The notes under the pieces were generated by a model, which searched no databases, was not told where the DNA came from, and saw only the letters and a list, made by a program, of their open reading frames with translations. The position numbers were made by a program, and so were the translations under genes. From assembly GCA_046341255.1 (NCBI GenBank), contig JBKDRW010000597.1, positions 2,295 to 66,294 of the forward strand: a stretch of 64,000 nucleotides of DNA, in the 5' to 3' direction. Shown here one piece after another: positions 18,857 through 26,879 of this stretch. The DNA comes from Planctomycetota bacterium. GTDB taxonomy: Bacteria; Planctomycetota; Planctomycetia; Planctomycetales; Planctomycetaceae. Each line of letters starts with the position of its first letter. Position 1 is the first letter of the stretch.

Positions 18857-19848
18857 TATCGGGGGTCCATGAAACTGCCGGGGCGTATGCGTTTGACATG
18901 TTCCTGAAGTGCCCGTTCCAGGTCAGATGCCCCATCCACGCCCTCCGTCCATTCTCTTATTGTGCCATCAGCAAGTTGCTCTGATACCATGGCACCTTTC
19001 GGTACAGGGCCAAAAGACGAGAGCCGCGCAGGCCCGGAAAATGCACGTTTCGTGAGAGGTTCGAATGAGTCAACGACACATTCGACGATTCGGACAGGAT
19101 CCGATCCCGCCTGATCGTGAGATGAAATCATCTTGCTGCGTGAAGGAAACCACAGATCGTCATTGACGCATTTCCATTCGCGCGTCGCGTGAATGTAAGA
19201 ATCGCCAGTGTCCTTGTGCCAGACGAGGTGCATTTCGGTACAAAGACCCGCTTGATCAAGGTCGAAGATCCGTTTTGCCGTATCCGAAGGAAACGTTGTG
19301 TTCAGTTCAACCAGGCGGTTCCGCGTTTCAACGGAACGCTCAAAAAGTCTTCCGAATCTGAGCGTGGTGGGCTGCGGCTGCAACAAACTCAGCGGATTAT
19401 TCGTCCCCTCGTACGGGCCAGTGAGAACCAGATATGTCACGGGATCCGGTCGCCAAGCCGCAGCTTTATCGTGCTGGCCGGGTGTGATGTCATAGGAGAT
19501 AAACGAGACCGCATTCCGTTCCGTGCTGGAGGATCGCTTGAGTTCATAGCCACCGGAAAACAGCAGTCTGATGTCATGATCCAGTGCTGTTCGCCCTCTT
19601 GAACCGGACTTTGCGTGCTGCATATTGCCGTCGAAATACATGTAGTCTTCCGACCATTCCACCAGACCCTTCAATTGAAACAGATCTTCTCCCGGAACAA
19701 ACTGATTGCTCCATGTGAAATGCATCCGCCCGGACTTGCATCTGTCCATATGCGATTCATAGGCATTCCTCAGAAGTGAAATTGTCAGATCGTCGTCGAA
19801 TGAGATCGGGAGCGCAGCAAACAGAGCTGCCAAAGCAGCGTACACCAT
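18856..19848 (-). CDS. hypothetical protein; probable paralog of the 214..1278 product
   Basis: 330-aa ORF with a short hydrophobic N-terminus (MVYAALAALFAALP). An AAGGA run lies about 9 nt upstream of the ATG. Similarity is ordered with the cassette-1 protein. It is translationally coupled to the C39-like gene. Confidence 0.6.
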   Translation of the reverse strand: MVYAALAALFAALPISFDDDLTISLLRNAYESHMDRCKSGRMHFTWSNQFVPGEDLFQLKGLVEWSEDYMYFDGNMQHAKSGSRGRTALDHDIRLLFSGGYELKRSSSTERNAVSFISYDITPGQHDKAAAWRPDPVTYLVLTGPYEGTNNPLSLLQPQPTTLRFGRLFERSVETRNRLVELNTTFPSDTAKRIFDLDQAGLCTEMHLVWHKDTGDSYIHATREWKCVNDDLWFPSRSKMISSHDQAGSDPVRIVECVVDSFEPLTKRAFSGPARLSSFGPVPKGAMVSEQLADGTIREWTEGVDGASDLERALQEHVKRIRPGSFMDPR

Positions 19849-20396
19849 TCCGGAATCCTTTCGACTTGCTGATTCGATAAACTGTGGTCCTGCAGTTGAA
19901 AGCCCTCAACTGGCTCAGGGGACCTTCGTCCTCCGGGGCCGTTTTCTTCGACGGTCAGCTCAAGGAACTCCACGACCGGAGGGGCAGCAAACTTCAGGCA
20001 ACCCTGGCTTGCCTCCTCTTCTTCAATGGGCTCTGCGTTCATATCCACCACACAATCTTCACCGATGAGCGTACAGGGGCGTCTCTCGATGCAGATTCCC
20101 GGATGCTCGGGCGAGCAATAGCTTTCAAAAAACCAAAAGATACACCTGAACCAACTTCCGCTGAGGGACGGAACGCTGATCATTGCCTCGCCAACACATG
20201 GTCCCTCTGCGGGGCAGGATACTGTCGCTGCACAATCGTAGCGGCTGATGTTGCGACACCTTCGATATCCGCCCCGCAGTGAGTCAAGCTCGTCCGGGGC
20301 AAGTCCTCGCCCATGAACGGCGGCGTTTGATGATGTGATACACATTACTGACGCAGACAGCCCGAGTGTCAGCAGCACTGATGGCACAATCTTCAT
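19785..20396 (-). CDS. Cys-rich protein with a double-glycine leader-like motif (candidate C39 substrate)
   Basis: 203-aa ORF. The N-terminal hydrophobic segment is MKIVPSVLLTLGLSASV. The motif LAPDELDSLRGG follows (20268-20303), then a region with 12 Cys. The 3' end overlaps the next gene by 64 nt. No family recognised. Confidence 0.55.
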   Translation of the reverse strand: MKIVPSVLLTLGLSASVMCITSSNAAVHGRGLAPDELDSLRGGYRRCRNISRYDCAATVSCPAEGPCVGEAMISVPSLSGSWFRCIFWFFESYCSPEHPGICIERRPCTLIGEDCVVDMNAEPIEEEEASQGCLKFAAPPVVEFLELTVEENGPGGRRSPEPVEGFQLQDHSLSNQQVERIPEWCTLLWQLCLLRSRSHSTTI

Positions 20397-21065
20397 CTGA
20401 TGGTCCCTTCAGAAAGGCGTGCTCTTAGCAGGCTTTACGACATCATAATCGTATTGCGGGTGGGCGTGTATAGCGACCCGTCAATAAACAAATCTACGGG
20501 TTTGAGGGTGAGTCTCTCGCATCACACGGGCGATTTGTGGAGGGATCAAACAGGCGGGAGCCAGATCATCGTCTGCCGAGAGCTGGCAGAACAGACGGCA
20601 GGTTTTGGACGGTTCGCGCTGATCGACGATGTGGCTCTCAGAGCTGCATTACGGTCACTCAACACGCTTCGGCAGGTTGCGATTGCCGACCGGGATCTAT
20701 TATCAGAGTCATCACGAAACGGGAATGCGTGCTTGTGAGACCAATCTATCCATGTCGGCAACTCGTCGTGGATCGTCTGATGCTGGCAGGATCAGCCGTC
20801 GTAGCCGGTAAGAGCCGCTGCGGCCGGTGCCCCAGTCCTGAGTTGTGTGTCCTGCCTTTGCCGAAAACCTGCCATGCGTCCATTGTCACGATGGAATCTT
20901 CAGCACTTCGGAACTCATGCACCCAAATGGCTGTCTTGACGATCAAACGATTCGCATTCGCGAAATGTTGCACTGCAAAAGCCCTTCATTTCTGCAGGTA
21001 CAGAAGATCTGGCTTTACCACCGTGAGATCTGCATGTTCAGCGTCCTGTTACCTCTGCCACGCTT

Positions 21066-24000
21066 TCACTCACCGGGTACCACATGAATCGTCATGTCAA
21101 CCGTTTCCGCAAACGGGCGTTGGGAGGCGTCGTTGAAGAGCATGCGGAGTTCGAGTTGATCGCAGGCGGCGATGTCGGGGATGACCAATCGAACCGTTCT
21201 GGCATCGATCGTCTGAACTTCCTGAATCGTCAGTTCATCATGACCTGTCTGGCCGGGATTACGGACGGAGAACTGGTCGGAACCGTAACGCTGTGACCAT
21301 TTGTAATCCCACATCTCGGCCGAGTACGACTTCGGATTGCACGCGGATTCAGGATCGACATCAAACGTCAGCGACAGTTCGATGCCGTTCGGAACCACGG
21401 CAACTCGATCGATCATCTGCACATCTTCGCCGGTGTAGCGAAGCCGTTGAAGGCAACCGTCGAGTCCACCGGCTGGGCCTTGCCAGCCGGACAGGCCGAC
21501 GCCATAAAGCTGGCCGTCCGTTGGATTGAATCGCATTCGCATCACACCGGCATCCCACTGATGCGGCAGCGTGATGATGGCTCCCTGCATGATTTCGCCG
21601 ACTTCCTGAAGCGACATCGAATACAGCCAGCCTTTTCCAAACGACGAATGGATCATCCGACCAGCCAGCGGCCCGAAGCGTTTGTCAGCCGCCCAGACCT
21701 GACCGCCGCAGGAGTTGTCCAGTTCCTGAGGAGTCCACACGATGGGCTCATCGAACGACTTCGGCAACTGGCCGCCGTGACGTTCCTTCAGCCATGCGGT
21801 CTGTTCTTTGTTGATCGGCATGTTGCCCAGAAACGAATCGGGGCGAATCAGCGAGATCTTCCCCGCGGGCATCCATGGTCCCTGATTGTCGGACACCGTG
21901 AAGCGATCGTCGGCCAGCTTGCCCATGCCGTTGGGTGTTCGCAGGCCCCATGCGACGACGTCGGCTCGATGACCTTCGGGGGGAACTCGCATGATTGTGC
22001 CGGGCCGATGATGATCCGTGTACTGCCCGGCCTTGGCGAAGTAGAAGTTGCCGAGCGAATCGGTCTGAAGATCGAAGTTGAACGCATGGAACGAACACGA
22101 CACGTCGTCATCATTCCAGAACGCTTCGATGAAATCCGCCTCGTCATCGCCATTGAAATCGTGCAGACGCTTCAAGCCGTCTCGACATGTCACATAGATC
22201 ATCCCGTTGATGACTCGCACGCCGAACGGTTCAAACAGACCCGCCGCGAATCGTTTCCAGATAACCTTCGAAAGATCCTTGTCGATACCACCGACGATGT
22301 ACACATCGCCGCCGTGAGTCGTCACGACACATCGGCCGTTATCAAAGAAATCGAGCGCACTCGTGCGAACCCACGCGTTCCACGGGTTTTCAAACGGCAC
22401 GGGAATCGTATCGAGCGCGTAGCCGTTGACGGACTGGCCGAGCGAGCCGGTGACTTCCAGTCGCTGAGGCCATCGCTGTCCGCCGCCTTTCAACTGTTTT
22501 GTCATGTCGGCCCACGCCTGCTCGCGTAAGCCGGAGATGAGCGAACTGAAGCTGGCGAGTTCGTCGGCTTCCTCCAGAGTACTCCGCACGATGCGAAACT
22601 GTCGCGGCTTGTCGGATGGAGGAATGGTCAGAATCAAGCGGCCGGAATCATCGCGGTTCCATGTGAGCCCTTCGGCATCATCGAGCACCTGCGCAACGCT
22701 GATCAGGCCCCAGTTACTGTCGCTTGCTTCAACGGCTGGTGTTGTGTCTGAACCGGGTTCCCACTCGAACAATGATTCGCTGTTTGGTGCCGTTTCGGAT
22801 GCGGCAAACTCAGCCAGCTCCTTCGCGGTCCATGCTCGATTTTGAATTCGCACCCACGCGACATCGCCCTTCAGATCGCCTCCGAAGTTTGTCGCTGTCG
22901 CACCGATCTTCAGAACGAAGAACTCTACCGGATCGCGGCGAAAGCCCTGTTGCTCCGCTTCAAGGTTCCCGTCGACATACATCCGAGTTGACTGATCATC
23001 CACCACCAGCGCGGCGACGTGCCATTGGCCATCAGCCACATCGGACCGACCGGACATGGCTCCAACCCAGCCGATGTCATACACCAGACGGCCTCCACGG
23101 ACGAACAGGCTTTTGCCATTCGGCTTCCAAACGCCAGTGGCAGGAGTCGATGCGATCAATGTCCCGCCATCATCGGTTCGAAATCGGACCAGCGTCGTGC
23201 GACCGATCGTGCCAAGATCTAGCTTCTTCGCGTTCTCTCCTTCGACGATATGTCTCGCGCGATTTGGTTCGGGCTTTGGGACGTTCTGCTCGGACGGCTG
23301 GCCAGTGATCGCAACGGCCGCTCGATCGGCGGACGCTGTTGGATCCTTCAGGGGAAGAATCGTCGAGCTCGCGGCATCAACAAGTCCCGCCGGTCCGCCT
23401 GTTGATTTCAACTGAGCCACCGACACTCGCAACTCGCGATCGCTCGCACCGACGTTTAGAGTGTGAACCAGTGAAACGCGGCCGTCGTTGGTCACGGCTT
23501 CGATAGATTCCAGCACATCGCGGCCGTAAATCGAGTAGCTCAGGATCGCGCGATCGTTGTACAGATAGTGGCCCCGATACTGCAGCCAGTCTTCACGGAT
23601 GGGTCCACGCGGCGGCTTTGCATCGGCCTGATCGAACGAGCCATTGAACTCCCATTGCCAATAACCAAGGCCCGGCAGTTCATCGCCATCAATCTGCGGC
23701 ATGCCTTCACCGCGCTGGCGATAGTGATGAGTCTCGTTGAGATCCAGCCAGCCCTTCCATGCGGCCGCGAACCGCATACGATGCAGGTCATAATTGATGG
23801 CGACATTGTCCTTCAGTCGAAACGTCAAACCGTTCTGAACCTGCTGACCAAGCTGTGAGGCCAGCACCGGCCCGAAGTCTCGATCGCCCGCTTCTTCTCG
23901 TTCGCCAAGGCCAGTGCCTTTGGGAAGTTCTGACAGATACGCATCCGTGACCACCGCATAATCGGTGTTCCGGTCTTTCATCAGCGCTTCGCGGACGTAG

Positions 24001-24884
24001 TGCACCACCTGATAGCGTTCCTTCGGTGACAGATGCGACAACGGCGCCATTAAACCGGCCCCGCGGCTGACGGTGAGAAACATCCGATAAGGATCAGCAC
24101 CAAACTTCAGCTTCTGAGTCCCGAACGCCCGGGCTGTCGGAAGCTTGGGCGTGTTGCCGTCAGACCCATGACAATTGACGCAGTGACCTTCGAAGATTCC
24201 CTGGCCGACCTTGAAATCCTCTTCGCCCAGCGACTTCAAAATCTGCGCGTGATTCAGATCGAGCGTATCGTCGACGACGAGCATCTCCTGTGGAGACGGC
24301 TGCAATTGCTTCGCACGGTCGGGGCCGCCAACAGAAATCTCCTGGATGTACCGCACAAGATCATAGAAATCCCGTTCTTCTCGAAGTGACGCAACAAGTC
24401 CGTTCGGCATCATCGATGTTTTCGACGGCACGATTTCATCGACCTCCGCGCGAGGGATGACGATCTCCTGCAGCAGACTGGAAGCATCTCGGAGCACGAT
24501 CTGTTTATCATCCTGCTTCGCGATCATCCCCGTGACGACCCGACCGTCGGTCGTCGCAACCGACACTGTTTCGTAACCCTTGCGAATCGTTTTCGATGGG
24601 TCGAGCAACGATTCGACGATATGAGCCAGCGTCGTTTCGACTCCGATCTTTGCCAGATCCGGCCCCAGAGGTGACGCATCCGCCCCCGCCGCATGACACT
24701 TCACACACGCCGCCGCCGACTTATGAAATACTAACGCCCCGCGCTTCGCATCCGCTCTCAGGCGAACGGCCGCTTCAATCTGCCGCAGCGATTTTCCCCG
24801 CACTCCCTGTTCCAGCTGATCATCCGCCATCAGCGAGCCGGTGAGAGCCAGCATCGAAGAACACAACACGATTCGGTAGAGCAC
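21066..24884 (-). CDS. giant secreted multidomain c-type cytochrome (two CxxCH sites), LamG-like lectin domain, beta-propeller (PVC-type heme-binding protein)
   Basis: Signal peptide MLYRIVLCSSMLALTGSLMA. Heme motifs are CVKCH and CVNCH. The LamG-like stretch is LFVRGGRLVYDIGW...GQWHVAALVVDDQSTRMYVDGNL. The C-terminal region resembles glucose/sorbosone-dehydrogenase-type propellers. Confidence 0.8.
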   Translation of the reverse strand: MLYRIVLCSSMLALTGSLMADDQLEQGVRGKSLRQIEAAVRLRADAKRGALVFHKSAAACVKCHAAGADASPLGPDLAKIGVETTLAHIVESLLDPSKTIRKGYETVSVATTDGRVVTGMIAKQDDKQIVLRDASSLLQEIVIPRAEVDEIVPSKTSMMPNGLVASLREERDFYDLVRYIQEISVGGPDRAKQLQPSPQEMLVVDDTLDLNHAQILKSLGEEDFKVGQGIFEGHCVNCHGSDGNTPKLPTARAFGTQKLKFGADPYRMFLTVSRGAGLMAPLSHLSPKERYQVVHYVREALMKDRNTDYAVVTDAYLSELPKGTGLGEREEAGDRDFGPVLASQLGQQVQNGLTFRLKDNVAINYDLHRMRFAAAWKGWLDLNETHHYRQRGEGMPQIDGDELPGLGYWQWEFNGSFDQADAKPPRGPIREDWLQYRGHYLYNDRAILSYSIYGRDVLESIEAVTNDGRVSLVHTLNVGASDRELRVSVAQLKSTGGPAGLVDAASSTILPLKDPTASADRAAVAITGQPSEQNVPKPEPNRARHIVEGENAKKLDLGTIGRTTLVRFRTDDGGTLIASTPATGVWKPNGKSLFVRGGRLVYDIGWVGAMSGRSDVADGQWHVAALVVDDQSTRMYVDGNLEAEQQGFRRDPVEFFVLKIGATATNFGGDLKGDVAWVRIQNRAWTAKELAEFAASETAPNSESLFEWEPGSDTTPAVEASDSNWGLISVAQVLDDAEGLTWNRDDSGRLILTIPPSDKPRQFRIVRSTLEEADELASFSSLISGLREQAWADMTKQLKGGGQRWPQRLEVTGSLGQSVNGYALDTIPVPFENPWNAWVRTSALDFFDNGRCVVTTHGGDVYIVGGIDKDLSKVIWKRFAAGLFEPFGVRVINGMIYVTCRDGLKRLHDFNGDDEADFIEAFWNDDDVSCSFHAFNFDLQTDSLGNFYFAKAGQYTDHHRPGTIMRVPPEGHRADVVAWGLRTPNGMGKLADDRFTVSDNQGPWMPAGKISLIRPDSFLGNMPINKEQTAWLKERHGGQLPKSFDEPIVWTPQELDNSCGGQVWAADKRFGPLAGRMIHSSFGKGWLYSMSLQEVGEIMQGAIITLPHQWDAGVMRMRFNPTDGQLYGVGLSGWQGPAGGLDGCLQRLRYTGEDVQMIDRVAVVPNGIELSLTFDVDPESACNPKSYSAEMWDYKWSQRYGSDQFSVRNPGQTGHDELTIQEVQTIDARTVRLVIPDIAACDQLELRMLFNDASQRPFAETVDMTIHVVPGE

Positions 24885-24931
24885 AGAAAACTCCGGAGCG
24901 CGCCAGATAAGAGGTCGTCAATATGTGCAGA

Positions 24932-26668
24932 TCATCGTTTCTTCGGTTGATCTTTGTGATCGTACGGTGTCAATGGCAGTACCATGGCTCGTTCTGCATA
25001 GGCCTGCCACATGTTGGCCATGGATCTGACACGATCCGGATGCCGTTTCGCGAGATTATGCATCTCGATGCGGTCGTTCCGGATGTTGTAAAGTTCCCAG
25101 GGCCCGTTTGTTCCCCTGGCCACCAGCTTCCAGTCTCCCTGTCGGACAGCGCGATTGCCTTCGTGTTCCCAGTAGAGGGCATCTCGCTGGATGGTAGCGC
25201 CCTGAAATGCCGGCAGGAGGCTGCGTCCCTCCAGCGGAGTGATTCGGGAGCCTTCGACCTCCGTCGGATATGTCGCACCGGAGAGTTCAACGCACGTTGC
25301 CATGATGTCAATCAGATGTCCCGGCTGATGTTCCAGTTCGCCGAATCGTTTCATGCCCGCCGGCCAGTGAGCGATCAACGGAGTGCTGATGCCGCCCTCA
25401 TGGACCCAGTGCTTGTATTCCCGAAACGGCGTGTTCGACACATTTGCCCAGCCGCGACCGTAAGCGATGTATGTGTCTGCCGGGCCCGGCAGGACTCCGG
25501 GTCCCTGAATGACGGGCCAGCCATCGCGAGACTTTTTTGGGATCATGTCGAACTGCAGTTCTTCCGGTGCCATCGCTGCTTCAGGCTTCTCACTGCGACG
25601 TTCACGGCCGTCTTTGGCCGTTCGTCCGAGCGTCTCAGCGCACCCGCCGTTGTCCTGCATGAAGAAGATCAGTGTGTTATCGAAGCGATTGGTCTGTTTC
25701 AGTGTGTCGACGATGTGGCCGATCCCGCGATCCATGCGATCAATCATCGCGGCGTAAACTTCCATGCAGCGAAGCTCCCACTCGCGATGCGTAACTTGAT
25801 CCCAGTCTTCGGCCTGTGGAGAAAGAACAACATCTGGCGAAACCAGCCCCATCGATTTCATGCGTTCGAGTCGAGCTGATCGAATCGCTCCGTAGCCTGC
25901 CACATACTGTCCCGAGTACTTCGCGATGTCCTCGGGTAAGGCGTGCATCGGCCAGTGAGCGGCCGTGAAAGCGACATAACCAAGGAACGGCTGATCGGGC
26001 GACTTCTCGTGGTGCTCACGAATGAATCGCGACATCTGATCGCTGATCGCGTCCGTATAGTAGTATGTGTCGGGCCTGTATTCCGGGTCCTGGCAGGGTG
26101 AGATGAGCGTGTTGTCGCGAGTCAGGGAATTGGGATCGTAGAAACTGCCTGCTCCATGAATCGTTCCGTAAAAACGGTCAAATCCTCGCTGCAACGGCCA
26201 GTTGCTTTTGTCTGAACCCGGCTTTACGTGTTTTGTGACATGCCATTTGCCCGCTGCGAAGGTTGCGTATCCTGCTGGTTTCAGGACTTCTGCCAGAGTC
26301 CGACATTTCCGATTCAATTCGCCTCGATATCCATCAGAACCACGGTCCTCCATCATGTGACCGATCCCCGCCTGATGCGGATACAGTCCCGTCAGCAACG
26401 CGGCTCTCGTCGGACAGCATCGAGCCGTGTTGTAGAACTGCGTAAACCTCAGCCCGCCTTTTGCCAGACTGTCCAGCACCGGTGTCTGGATCTCGCCTCC
26501 GTAACACCCGATGTCCGAAAACCCCATGTCATCTGATAGAATGACGATGATATTGGGCCGAGTTGGCCCAGCTGCGTGAATTGAGGCATTTGAGGGTCCA
26601 AACGCCAACAGAGTCAGAGTGATCCATCTGAAGCTGGCACTCACGGGCTGAATGTTTGTCGTCGTCAT
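24932..26668 (-). CDS. arylsulfatase (formylglycine-dependent sulfatase family)
   Basis: PNIIVILSDDMGFSDIGCYGG followed by the sulfatase signature ARCCPTRAALLTGLYPHQAG (CxPxR). Start taken at ATG 26668, before the signal peptide. Confidence 0.9.
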   Translation of the reverse strand: MTTTNIQPVSASFRWITLTLLAFGPSNASIHAAGPTRPNIIVILSDDMGFSDIGCYGGEIQTPVLDSLAKGGLRFTQFYNTARCCPTRAALLTGLYPHQAGIGHMMEDRGSDGYRGELNRKCRTLAEVLKPAGYATFAAGKWHVTKHVKPGSDKSNWPLQRGFDRFYGTIHGAGSFYDPNSLTRDNTLISPCQDPEYRPDTYYYTDAISDQMSRFIREHHEKSPDQPFLGYVAFTAAHWPMHALPEDIAKYSGQYVAGYGAIRSARLERMKSMGLVSPDVVLSPQAEDWDQVTHREWELRCMEVYAAMIDRMDRGIGHIVDTLKQTNRFDNTLIFFMQDNGGCAETLGRTAKDGRERRSEKPEAAMAPEELQFDMIPKKSRDGWPVIQGPGVLPGPADTYIAYGRGWANVSNTPFREYKHWVHEGGISTPLIAHWPAGMKRFGELEHQPGHLIDIMATCVELSGATYPTEVEGSRITPLEGRSLLPAFQGATIQRDALYWEHEGNRAVRQGDWKLVARGTNGPWELYNIRNDRIEMHNLAKRHPDRVRSMANMWQAYAERAMVLPLTPYDHKDQPKKR

Positions 26669-26879
26669 GGTCACCTCGGTGTGAGGGAAAGAAGCCTGGT
26701 GATAAACGACCACACTTCAGCCGTCACCAAGTGGTGTGTGGCTGGTGCAGTCTGTCAAAGTTACCACACGAGACATAGTCACCAGACAAAACCAGCAATC
26801 ATCCGCTGCAACGCAGTCTGCCTTTTCGTGATCGTCATGTCCTTCGTGGTTCAAACGGGACATCACGACCAGTTCTGGT

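Larger units (their letters stand above)
16106..20396 (-). other. five-gene same-strand cassette (Cys-rich GG-motif protein, unknown protein, C39-like peptidase, DUF1573, DUF1559); paralogous to 214..4174
   Basis: All five genes share one strand, with overlaps or gaps of at most 70 nt. The same domain order recurs on the + strand at 214..4174. Confidence 0.65.

Noticed and set aside
20537-21136. 199-aa + strand ORF in the gap upstream of cassette 2
   Set aside because: Its Arg/Cys/Ser-rich composition has no motifs, and its 3' end runs about 70 nt into the antisense of the 3' end of the cytochrome gene (stop at 21066).
21447-22529. 360-aa + strand ORF (and similarly 24923..25879, 318 aa)
   Set aside because: They are antisense to the cytochrome/propeller gene and the arylsulfatase gene respectively. 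Both of those have diagnostic motifs.
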